A stretch of DNA of 64,000 nucleotides, taken from Pedosphaera sp. (lineage in GTDB: Bacteria > Verrucomicrobiota > Verrucomicrobiia > Limisphaerales > SIBH01). Shown here in pieces: positions 49,838 through 58,049 of this stretch. Made by a program: the position numbers and the translations under genes. Each line of letters starts with the position of its first letter. Within the stretch, counting starts at the first letter, position 1. The notes beneath the pieces are model-generated. The model was not told the origin of the DNA. It searched no databases and saw only the letters and a program-made list of their open reading frames with translations. The stretch is taken from the NCBI GenBank assembly GCA_031414955.1, contig JANOQV010000030.1, forward strand, positions 16,296 to 80,295, given 5' to 3'.

Positions 49838-51367
49838 ATGTATTCACCGTCCCAACCTGAGTTTCTGAAGCTGGCGGAGCAGGGGAATCTGATTCCGGTC
49901 ACGCGCCGTCTGCTGGCCGACTTCGAGACGCCGCTCTCGGCCTATAAAAAGATTCGCGGCCAGGGGGAATCATTCCTCTTCGAGTCCGTGGAAGGCGGCG
50001 AGCATCTGGGTCGCTACTCGTTCGTGGGTTGCAACCCGCGCTCCATCATCAAACAGACCGGTTCACTCATCGAAGTCATTGAGAACGGGAAGGTCATTGA
50101 GCGGTTCACCGTCAGCGCCAACCCAGCGGAGCAGGGCGGGCAAGTTGTGCGCGACGGGTTGGAAGTCGTGGAGCGCATCCTGCGCCGCTTCCAGGCGGTC
50201 AGCGTGGCCGGCCTGCCGCGTTTCACCGGCGGCGCGGTTGGCTTCATCGGTTACGAGTTCATTCACGATGTCGAACCCATCGTGCCGCGACCCGCGCACG
50301 ATGAACTCGGCACGCCGACGATGTATTTTCTCATTGCGGACGAACTGCTCATCTTCGATCGCGTCAGCCAGACCATCACCGTCCTCGTCAACGCCATCAT
50401 CGAGAACGGCGGGACGCCTGCCGAGGCCTACGAGGACGCGATCGGGGAAATCGACCGTCTGGTTTCGCTGCTCGAACAGCCGCTGGAAGAAACGCCCGTC
50501 ACCGTGCCGAAGGAAGCGCCCCACATTCCGTTCGAGTCGAACGTGCCGAAGGAGAAGTTTTTCGTCAACGTGCTCAAGGCCAAGGAATACATCGTCTCGG
50601 GCGACATCATCCAGGTGGTGGGTTCGCAGCGTTTTTCCGCGCCGGTCACGGCTGCGCCGCTGGACATCTACCGGGCCGCGCGCTCGGTGAATCCGTCGCC
50701 CTACATGTTTCTCCTCGAACTGAATGGCTTCGCGCTGGCGGGGGCTTCGCCGGAGATTCATGTGCGTTGCGAGGAGCGCCAGATCGAGATTCGCCCCATC
50801 GCCGGCACACGCCGCCGGGGGCAGACGCCGGACGAGGATGTGGCGCTGGAAAAGGATCTGCTCGCCGATCCCAAGGAACGCGCTGAGCACGTCATGCTCG
50901 TGGATCTGGCGCGCAACGATCTGGGCCGCGTGTGCGATTTCGGCTCGGTGCAGGTGAAGGATCTGATGATCGTCGAGCGTTACAGCCACGTCATGCACAT
51001 CGTCTCGCAGGTCGAGGGCAGGCTGGCGGCGGACAAGACTCCGTATGATCTGATGCGCGCGACGTTCCCGGCCGGCACCTTGAGCGGCGCGCCGAAAGTC
51101 CGCGCCATGCAGATCATTTCCGAACTGGAGCAGACCACCCGAGGGCCGTACGGCGGCTGCGTCGGTTACTTCTCGTTCAATGGCAACCTCGATTGCTGCA
51201 TCACCATCCGCACGGCCTTGCTCAAGGATGGAAAAGCCTACGTGCAGGCCGGCGGCGGCTGGGTGAATGATTCCACGCCCGAGGCCGAGTACCAGGAGAC
51301 GGTGAACAAAGCGAAGGCGATGTTCAAAGCTCTCGCCTTGGCGCAGCAGTTTCGGGTGGAGAGTTGA
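49838..51367 (+). CDS. trpE: Anthranilate synthase component I
   Basis: DFETP..AY, FLFESVEGGE..GRYS, NPSPYM, RPIAGTR.RG, EHVMLVDLARND, FPAGTLSGAPKVRAM. Confidence 0.93.
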   Translation: MYSPSQPEFLKLAEQGNLIPVTRRLLADFETPLSAYKKIRGQGESFLFESVEGGEHLGRYSFVGCNPRSIIKQTGSLIEVIENGKVIERFTVSANPAEQGGQVVRDGLEVVERILRRFQAVSVAGLPRFTGGAVGFIGYEFIHDVEPIVPRPAHDELGTPTMYFLIADELLIFDRVSQTITVLVNAIIENGGTPAEAYEDAIGEIDRLVSLLEQPLEETPVTVPKEAPHIPFESNVPKEKFFVNVLKAKEYIVSGDIIQVVGSQRFSAPVTAAPLDIYRAARSVNPSPYMFLLELNGFALAGASPEIHVRCEERQIEIRPIAGTRRRGQTPDEDVALEKDLLADPKERAEHVMLVDLARNDLGRVCDFGSVQVKDLMIVERYSHVMHIVSQVEGRLAADKTPYDLMRATFPAGTLSGAPKVRAMQIISELEQTTRGPYGGCVGYFSFNGNLDCCITIRTALLKDGKAYVQAGGGWVNDSTPEAEYQETVNKAKAMFKALALAQQFRVES

Positions 51368-51436
51368 TCGTGCTTGCGCCCATTCGCATGGTCTCTCGCG
51401 TTGCTTGCCGTGCTGGCGACCGCTAGTTTCACGGCG

Positions 51437-51886
51437 ATGTCCGTTTCAGGAATTTCCAGTCAGGCCACGCTGTGGCAGCTCCAGCAGCAGCGGCTCGCGC
51501 CCTTGCTTGAGATCAAAGATCCACAACGCCGGCTGGCCTGTTTGGTCGAGGAAGCCCGCCATCGTCCCTCGCTCCACGACTCCTTGCGCAACGACAGCCA
51601 TCGCGTCGAAGGCTGTCTCGTGCGGGTCTGGTTCGTGCCGGAGTTCCGCGCCGGGAAATGTTTTTTCCGCTGTGACTCCGACGCGGTGAGCCTGAAGGCG
51701 GTGGGCGGTTTGCTTTGTGAACTGTTCAGCGGCGTGCCTGCGCGGGAGATTGTCTTGTTCAGCCCCGGCGTGCTTCAGCCACTGGGCATTCTCCACCACC
51801 TGGCCGAGAATCGTCAGCGCACGCTTGCGCGCATTGAGGAGAACATTCAGGTGTTCGCCACCGCACAACTGCCCAAGGCTGGTTAA
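51437..51886 (+). CDS. SufE/CsdE-family sulfur acceptor protein
   Basis: RVEGCLVRVW resembles SufE V.GCxS.VW. FRCDSDA..K..GG, then L..L...R. ATG 51437 follows TTGCTT-17-TAGTTT. Confidence 0.75.
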   Translation: MSVSGISSQATLWQLQQQRLAPLLEIKDPQRRLACLVEEARHRPSLHDSLRNDSHRVEGCLVRVWFVPEFRAGKCFFRCDSDAVSLKAVGGLLCELFSGVPAREIVLFSPGVLQPLGILHHLAENRQRTLARIEENIQVFATAQLPKAG

Positions 51887-51889
51887 CCC

Positions 51890-52687
51890 GTGCCATTCTA
51901 CGACGCGCACAACCACCTCCAGGATGAACGGTTCACCGACCGCGCGGAGATCGTGGCCGCCGCCGCGCGCGAAGGCGTCGTTCGCATGGTGGTGAACGGA
52001 TCGTGCGAGGAGGACTGGCCGCTGGTCCGCGAACTCGCGCAGCAGTTTCCGCAGGTGCTTCCATCCTTCGGTTATCACCCTTGGTATCTGCGCGAGCGCA
52101 GGGCGGACTGGCAGCGCACCTTGATCGAATTCCTGGAGAGTGTTCCCTCTGCCGTCGGTGAGATTGGCCTGGATCATTGGAAGCCTGGTCTGCCGTACGA
52201 TGGGCAGGAGGAGGCTTTTGTGTGGCAACTGCGCCTCGCGGCGGAGCGCAATCTCCCGGTCAGCATTCATTGCCTGCAAGCATGGGGGAGGCTGCACGAA
52301 CTGCTCCGTGACCACCCGCGTCCGGCGGGCGGCTTTCTGCTGCATTCCTACGGTGGCTCGCGGGAAATGGTCGCGCCGCTGGCCGCGCTCGGCGCGTATT
52401 TTTCGTTTCCCGGCTACTTCATGCACGAGCGCAAGGCGCGTCAGCGCGAAACATTTGGGGCGGTGCCATTGGATCGTTTGCTCATTGAGACGGATGCACC
52501 GGATCAATTGCTGCCGGACGAGATGAATCGCTTCCCACTCCACGATGCGAACGGCCGGGCCATCAACCACCCGGCCAATCTCGCGGCGGTGTATGAGTTT
52601 ATGGCCAAGGAGCGCGGAATGCCGCCGGAGGAATTGGCCCAGAGGATCGGAGAGAACTTTCGGAACTGGTTCGTTGGTTGGAACTAG
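51890..52687 (+). CDS. TatD-family metal-dependent nuclease/hydrolase
   Basis: DAHNHL, GYHPWY, VGEIGLD, PVSIHC, LHSYGGS, LLIETDAPD, N.PAN. Confidence 0.93.
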   Translation: MPFYDAHNHLQDERFTDRAEIVAAAAREGVVRMVVNGSCEEDWPLVRELAQQFPQVLPSFGYHPWYLRERRADWQRTLIEFLESVPSAVGEIGLDHWKPGLPYDGQEEAFVWQLRLAAERNLPVSIHCLQAWGRLHELLRDHPRPAGGFLLHSYGGSREMVAPLAALGAYFSFPGYFMHERKARQRETFGAVPLDRLLIETDAPDQLLPDEMNRFPLHDANGRAINHPANLAAVYEFMAKERGMPPEELAQRIGENFRNWFVGWN

Positions 52688-52708
52688 CCGCCGGCCTGCG
52701 GTCGGCAC

Positions 52709-52975
52709 TCAGTCGAAAAACTCGATCAGGGCCAGGCCCAGCGCACCTGCTCCCGCGCCGTACGCCCCCCAGTGCATGCCTCCGATGATGCCTTTGAGGC
52801 GGTTGAGCGTGCAGAGGCGGGTGATGACCCCGGCCAGCATCCCGCCGACCAGACCGAACAGTGCTCCCACCAGTCCGGCAAAGAAGATCTCGATCGGACC
52901 CTCGATGGCGCCGGTTCCACCCGGCCCCGAAACCATGAGTCCGGCAAAATTGATCTTTTTCAGGCGCTCGTGCAT
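52709..52975 (-). CDS. Small Gly-rich membrane protein (88 aa)
   Basis: Hydrophobic GxxxG helices (FFAGLVGALFGLVGGMLAG; GAYGAGAGALGLAL). TTGATT-16-CACTAT-6nt-ATG upstream. Confidence 0.6.
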   Translation of the reverse strand: MHERLKKINFAGLMVSGPGGTGAIEGPIEIFFAGLVGALFGLVGGMLAGVITRLCTLNRLKGIIGGMHWGAYGAGAGALGLALIEFFD

Positions 52976-53035
52976 GGCGGAATAGTGCCAGCCCGGGCGG
53001 GAGAATCAATCTGGTTGTGGCGGGGATAATCGCGG

Positions 53036-53137
53036 CGGAGCGCGACCCACCGACGTCGCGCTGGGCGGTGGCACTTGAAGCGCCTCGCGCACTCCGCGTG
53101 TCGTGTGGCCAACGCGACGTCGGTGTGTCGCGCTCCG
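53036..53137. repeat. REP doublet / MITE-like inverted repeat
   Basis: Arms 53036-53060 and 53113-53137 are reverse complements at 24 of 25 bases. Each arm is itself a hairpin (CGCGAC..GTCGCG). Confidence 0.75.
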
Positions 53138-53148
53138 TGGAATGGCGA

Positions 53149-53484
53149 TCAAGCTGGCACCACGGTGAGAGGGCCGTCGAAGATGGTCAGGCTCACCACT
53201 TCGGTCTTCGCCGTGTGCGGTCCGTGGGCAGTGCCTTTGGGCGCGAAGAAGTACGCGCCATTTGTGTAGATCACGCCGGATTCTTCCCATTCGCCCGAGA
53301 GCACGTAAACCGACTCATTGGCCTGCGGATGCAGGTGGGCGGGCACGGTCACGCCAGCCTTGAACTTGCGCAGCACGGTGACGCCGCCGGTCGTTTCGTG
53401 CTTATGCAAGACGAGCAATTCCACGCCTTCGTAGGGGCCGGGTTGCCATGCTTTGTCCGCCGTCAATGTGGTGTAAGGAAACAT
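53149..53484 (-). CDS. Cupin-domain protein (ChrR-like)
   Basis: PAHLHP..ESVYVLSG and GAYFFAPKG.AHGPH cupin motifs. Confidence 0.85.
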   Translation of the reverse strand: MFPYTTLTADKAWQPGPYEGVELLVLHKHETTGGVTVLRKFKAGVTVPAHLHPQANESVYVLSGEWEESGVIYTNGAYFFAPKGTAHGPHTAKTEVVSLTIFDGPLTVVPA

Positions 53485-53619
53485 GCCGGAATGGAAAGGG
53501 CTGGCCGGGCGAATTCAAGTTCCCAGTCAGGAAATCGCGAAGCGGCCCGGTGGAAAGCCTCGCGCGGCGAGGCGAGGGAGCGCGAGCGGAGGCACCTGCC
53601 TCGTGCCGCCGTGAAACTT

Positions 53620-54996
53620 TCAATCCCCGTAGTTGAACGGGTCCGAGAACTTCGCATCTGTCGTCAGGCCGGTATCCGTCAGCGTCCTGAGGAAGGCGAC
53701 GAGCGCGGCTTTCTGAGCCAGGGTCAGATTGAGTCGCCGGGCGGACGGCGGCTGGCCGGGCACGGGAGGCGCGCGCAGCGGCGGCGGCAGGTTGGGGTTG
53801 AACACCACCCCCGAGTTGTAGAACTCCACCACTTCATCCAGCGTGGCGAATCGTCCGTCGTGCATGTAAGGCGCGGTCAGTTCGATGTTGCGCAGCGAGG
53901 GAGATTTGAACAGACCCTGATCCTGCGGGCGGGCGGTGATGCCGCCGACGCCCGGATCCACGTAGGGAAATTCCAGACCGTTGTTATTGATCGTCGGCGC
54001 GGTGTGGGCATCGGTGCCGTGGCAGGCGGCGCAGGTCGCGTTGCCCACCTGGCCGAGGAAAATCTGCCGGCCCAAATTCTCCTGCGTGGTGAGGTTGGTG
54101 AAACCGACCGGCACGCCGGCGTCATACTTCGAGCGCGTCGAGACCAGGGAGCGCACGAACTGCGCGAGGGCGCGCGCGATGCGGTTGGTGTCCACCGTCG
54201 TCGTGCCGAAAGCGTTGGCGAAGAGGTTGGTGTAGAACGGTTCCGCCTCCAGCCGCGCGACCAGTGCGGGCAGAGTCAGGCCCATCTCAACGGAATTTTG
54301 AATCGGTTGCAGCACTTGTTCCTCCAGTGTGGCGGCCCGCTCATCCCAGAAAAATCGGCCGCGCGCATAATAGCGAGCGTTGCCCAGGCCCATGGAGTTG
54401 CGCCCGGTCAAGCCTCCGGCGAAGCCCACGCTGAAGGCGCGCGGATCGGAGAAGCCGGCTGACTGCTGGTGGCACGAGGAGCAGGAGACAGTGCCGTTGA
54501 TCGAGAGCCGCTGGTCGTAGAAGAGCACGCGCCCGAGCGTCGCGGCGGGGTTGGTCACGACGTTGTTGGTGGGCGTGTTGTCCTGGTTGCGCACGGGAGG
54601 CGCGAGGTAATGCGGGGGCAGCGGCGGCGAATAATTGGAGAGCGGAGTGGGCAGGAGCAAAGCGTTCGTCGTGGTGCTGGGGATGTCCTGGCGGGCCGGG
54701 TCGGACAGGGAGCGATAGTAAAGGTGCGCGTTCGCACCGCTGTTCAGCGTGCGGTGAAAACGGCCATTGTGGATTTTCCACGAATCGATTTCCGTCCAGG
54801 CAGCAAGATTGGACGAGGTTTGCAGAATCCAGACGTGATTGCCCGGATCGTTGATTGTGACGCGGGACGCGGACGGGCTGGACGGAGCGATGGTCAGGGC
54901 GGCGTGGGCGGGAATCTGCGCCGGAGTGACTGAGGCGTGCAGGAGCAGGGCCGCGATGAGCGCCACGGCCGGGCGGTTGAGGTTGCTGGTCTTCAT
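53620..54996 (-). CDS. Di-haem cytochrome c peroxidase / MauG-family protein with an extra N-terminal beta domain
   Basis: Signal peptide. LGRVLFYD.RLS, CSSCH, FFWDERA..LEEQ, CAACH, FKSPSLRNI..TAPYMHDG.F.TL, LVAFL.TLT. Confidence 0.9.
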   Translation of the reverse strand: MKTSNLNRPAVALIAALLLHASVTPAQIPAHAALTIAPSSPSASRVTINDPGNHVWILQTSSNLAAWTEIDSWKIHNGRFHRTLNSGANAHLYYRSLSDPARQDIPSTTTNALLLPTPLSNYSPPLPPHYLAPPVRNQDNTPTNNVVTNPAATLGRVLFYDQRLSINGTVSCSSCHQQSAGFSDPRAFSVGFAGGLTGRNSMGLGNARYYARGRFFWDERAATLEEQVLQPIQNSVEMGLTLPALVARLEAEPFYTNLFANAFGTTTVDTNRIARALAQFVRSLVSTRSKYDAGVPVGFTNLTTQENLGRQIFLGQVGNATCAACHGTDAHTAPTINNNGLEFPYVDPGVGGITARPQDQGLFKSPSLRNIELTAPYMHDGRFATLDEVVEFYNSGVVFNPNLPPPLRAPPVPGQPPSARRLNLTLAQKAALVAFLRTLTDTGLTTDAKFSDPFNYGD

Positions 54997-55036
54997 GGGT
55001 GCATCAACGTCCAATTCCTGCGCCGCGCCAAACAAC

Positions 55037-55083
55037 TTTACCCGTGCTTCACCGAAGTCCGCCCACTTTTACCAGGCCTTAAC
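55037..55083. promoter_or_regulatory. Two pairs of 11-bp-period direct repeats (OmpR/PhoB-family-like boxes) in a divergent intergenic region
   Basis: TTTAC(55037)/TTCAC(55048) and TTTAC(55068)/TTAAC(55079). Confidence 0.4.
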
Positions 55084-55209
55084 AATTGGAGGCGTGGTCG
55101 GGCCGGGTCGCGGTTTGAATTCTGATTCACCAAATGCCCGTAACCGCGCCTCCCGCGCCGTCCTCTTGATCCAGAGCGAAACCGAATTCACCAAAACAAA
55201 GGCATTCTC

Positions 55210-56610
55210 ATGAAACATGGAACCGCAGTGTTGGCTTTGATCACTTCCTTCAGTGTCGGCGGCTCGCTCGCGCAGGACTGGCCGCAATGGCGCGGCCCCA
55301 ATCGCGACGCCAGCACGGCGGGCTTCGAGGCGCCGAAAACCTGGCCCAAGGAACTCACCGAGAAATGGAAAGTCACCGTCGGCGACGGCGTGGCCACGCC
55401 CGCCCTGGTCGGGGATCGGCTCTACGTCTTCTCCCGCGAGAACGGCAACGAAATCCTCCGCTGCCTGAATGCCGCCGATGGCAAGGAGCTGTGGCAGGAC
55501 AAGTATGAAGCCCTCGGCGCGACCGGGCCGGCGGCGAGTTTTAACGGCCCGCGCAGTTCGCCCGCCGTGGCGAATGGCAAAGTGGTGACGCTCGGCGTGC
55601 GCGGCATGTTGTCCTCGGTGGACGCCACCACCGGCAAAGTGCTGTGGCGCAAGGATGACTTCCGCGCCTATCCGATGTTTCATCCCTCCAGCTCTCCGAT
55701 GATCGTCGATGGTCTGGCCATGGCCCAACTCGGCGGACGCGAGAACGGCGCGCTCGTGGCCTATGACTTGAGCACCGGCGCGGAGAAATGGCGCTGGAGC
55801 GGGCCAAGTCCATCCTATGCGTCCCCGGTTCTGCTCAACGTGGGCGGGGCGAAAATGATCGTGGCGAACACCGAGGGCAAGACGGTGGCCATCCATGCGG
55901 CGGATGGCAAGCTCGCCTGGGAATCTGCGGCGGCGGAAGTAGCGGGTGGACCCGGAACCGGCGGAGGCCGTGGCGGCGGTGGCGGGCGCGATTACAAGGC
56001 GGCCACACCGCTCGTGGATGGCCAGACGATCATCATGGCCGGGCGTGGTGTCACGGCGGTGAGAATCGAGAAGGCCGGCGACAAATTTGTGGGCCGACCC
56101 GCTTGGGCGAATCCGGACAAGTCCGTGCAGTTCAACACTCCGGTGGTTAAGAACGGATTGCTCTACGGCCTCTCGGGCAACAACGATCTTTTTTGCCTGA
56201 GTTCCAAGGATGGCAAGACGGCTTGGGCCGCGCCGTTGCCGAGCGGTGTGCCCGCCACTCCTGCGCGGGCGGCGCTGGAACGACTTGAAATCGGCCCAAC
56301 CGCATTCGGGCTGCAAGCCCCTGCGGAGCCAGCAGGATCGGGACGCCCCGGTGGACCAGGTGGTGGTCGCCGAGGCGGCATGGGCGGAGGTGGAGGTGGA
56401 GGTGGCTACGGGACCATTGTCGACGCCGGCTCCGCATTACTCGCGCTGACTCCGGCCGGACAACTCGTGGTCTTCGAGCCGAGCGACAAGGAGTTCAAAC
56501 AACTCGGCAGCTACAAAGTCGGCAGTCAGACTCATTCGTACCCGGTGGCGTCCGGCCAGCGCCTGTTCATCAAGGACAAGGATTCCCTGACGCTCTGGTT
56601 GGTAAAATAA
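55210..56610 (+). CDS. Exported PQQ-like (BamB-type) beta-propeller repeat protein
   Basis: Signal peptide then DWPQWRGPNRD. Repeats DA.TGK.LW, GPRSSP, SYASP. C-terminal YPV.SG.RLFIKD. Confidence 0.88.
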   Translation: MKHGTAVLALITSFSVGGSLAQDWPQWRGPNRDASTAGFEAPKTWPKELTEKWKVTVGDGVATPALVGDRLYVFSRENGNEILRCLNAADGKELWQDKYEALGATGPAASFNGPRSSPAVANGKVVTLGVRGMLSSVDATTGKVLWRKDDFRAYPMFHPSSSPMIVDGLAMAQLGGRENGALVAYDLSTGAEKWRWSGPSPSYASPVLLNVGGAKMIVANTEGKTVAIHAADGKLAWESAAAEVAGGPGTGGGRGGGGGRDYKAATPLVDGQTIIMAGRGVTAVRIEKAGDKFVGRPAWANPDKSVQFNTPVVKNGLLYGLSGNNDLFCLSSKDGKTAWAAPLPSGVPATPARAALERLEIGPTAFGLQAPAEPAGSGRPGGPGGGRRGGMGGGGGGGGYGTIVDAGSALLALTPAGQLVVFEPSDKEFKQLGSYKVGSQTHSYPVASGQRLFIKDKDSLTLWLVK

Positions 56611-56707
56611 CCCGGCCGGGAAAGCTTGGAGCGTTCACGGTCGGGTTCGATCCGGCTCGGGTCGTTCGGGGCCACCGGTGCGACCGGCCAGCGGACGGCC
56701 TGGCCGA

Positions 56708-57019
56708 TTAAATCCCCAACCCAGCCAGCGTGTTTGCGAGGTGGTTCACGATCTGGGTTGCCCTGGGATGGCTGTCCTCGAACTCCTCGACCGAACTGCG
56801 CAGGTGGTTCACATCATCCTGAAGCGTTTTCACCTCCGAGACCTCACCCAGCGGATCAGCGGGCGGAGGAGGGGCGGGAAGCCTGGTGCTGGCGGGCAGA
56901 TCCCTGGCCTCTGCGCGCAGCTTGGCCAGCAGAGCCAGCAGTTCGGCGCGCGATTCTGGCGCGAGGGTTGTGGAAGCACCCAGTCGGGCCTCCATTTGTC
57001 GAATGGTTTCCTCGATCAT
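56708..57019 (-). CDS. DUF4404-like small helical protein
   Basis: C-terminal FE.SHP....VN.LA..LA.LGI. Confidence 0.7.
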   Translation of the reverse strand: MIEETIRQMEARLGASTTLAPESRAELLALLAKLRAEARDLPASTRLPAPPPPADPLGEVSEVKTLQDDVNHLRSSVEEFEDSHPRATQIVNHLANTLAGLGI

Positions 57020-57058
57020 AGTTCTTGATGGAGTCCAAGCTTCAGCTTGTCCTTCCGG

Positions 57059-57595
57059 CTAAGTGTTGAACTGCCCCTCCTTGTTGCGGAACAGCACGTT
57101 GAAAGTCGTCATCGAACCGTAGCAGCGCGTGATGTATTGCTGCATGTCAATCTTCTCCGCTTCGCCCAGCTTTTCGTGCGCGTTAATCTTTTGCTCCAGC
57201 ACGCGCAGGTTGTTCCGCATCATCACAATTTTGTGGAAGAACACGTCCAGTTCCACTTCCTTGGTTTGCAAGGTCGGGTCGGCGGGGTGCAGCACGACTT
57301 TCCCGCGATGCCAGCGCAGGGCGAGTTCCTCCACGAACGACTCGGGTTTCTCCAGCCCCAGCGCCGCCACGGTGGCGCGCGCCGTTTCTTCCACGAACAT
57401 TTTCAGCGGTTGGCTGAGACCGCGCACCTCCACCTGTGGCTCGGCTGGCTCCAGCCCCGCCGCTTCTGGTGCGATCGGACGCGGGCCGTCATCAAATCGA
57501 ATCTCCGCCGTCTGCTCCGAAATGGTCCGAACAGTGCCGATGCCGTACTGCGGATGGCGCACTTTCATGCCGACGTGCAACGCTGCGATGTTCAT
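57059..57595 (-). CDS. Hypothetical protein with N-terminal Tudor/SH3-like domain
   Basis: VGMKVRHPQYGIGTV...IRF resembles the PcrA/UvrD C-terminal Tudor-like motif. Helical C-terminus FFHKIVMMRNNLRVLEQ. Confidence 0.7.
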   Translation of the reverse strand: MNIAALHVGMKVRHPQYGIGTVRTISEQTAEIRFDDGPRPIAPEAAGLEPAEPQVEVRGLSQPLKMFVEETARATVAALGLEKPESFVEELALRWHRGKVVLHPADPTLQTKEVELDVFFHKIVMMRNNLRVLEQKINAHEKLGEAEKIDMQQYITRCYGSMTTFNVLFRNKEGQFNT

Positions 57596-57664
57596 GCCCG
57601 CAGTGTGTGGTCGCGCGGGGAAGAAAGCGAGGGCGGAACTGGGGGGCACGACCGTGAAACTGGA

Positions 57665-58048
57665 TCACAGCCGCTCGCGCCCGGCAAACCCCGAATCCAG
57701 TTCGTGCCAGAACTCGATGTCGTCGTCCTCCAGTTCCCAGCAGAGGAAGACTTCCCGGCCCTCGAGGAGGGAGGGGAAATCGATCAGACCCCGGTCGATG
57801 TCTTTGATTTGAATCTCGCGGGTGTGGAATTCCCGGACCACGCGCTGTAGTTCCGCGAGGAGCCGGGCCTGGCTTTGCACCGAGTCGCCGCCGATGTCGG
57901 CCCCGCCCGCGAGCAGTTGCTCGATGCGTTGGTCGAGGGGTTGGAGCTGGCGGCGGAACTGCTGGACCTTGAGCAGCCAGGCCCGGATTTGCGGCAGGAG
58001 CGCACGGGCCTCCTCCAGCGTGTAGTGCTTGCGAAACGCGCGGGGCAT
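57665..58048 (-). CDS. DUF2203-family protein
   Basis: YTLEEA.ALLP, IKD.D.GLIDFPS...GREVFLCW...D..I.FWH....GFAGR. Confidence 0.85.
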   Translation of the reverse strand: MPRAFRKHYTLEEARALLPQIRAWLLKVQQFRRQLQPLDQRIEQLLAGGADIGGDSVQSQARLLAELQRVVREFHTREIQIKDIDRGLIDFPSLLEGREVFLCWELEDDDIEFWHELDSGFAGRERL

Positions 58049-58049
58049 A

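Noticed and set aside
53017..54462. 481-aa plus-strand ORF
   Set aside because: It is antisense to the cupin and peroxidase genes and has no motif support.
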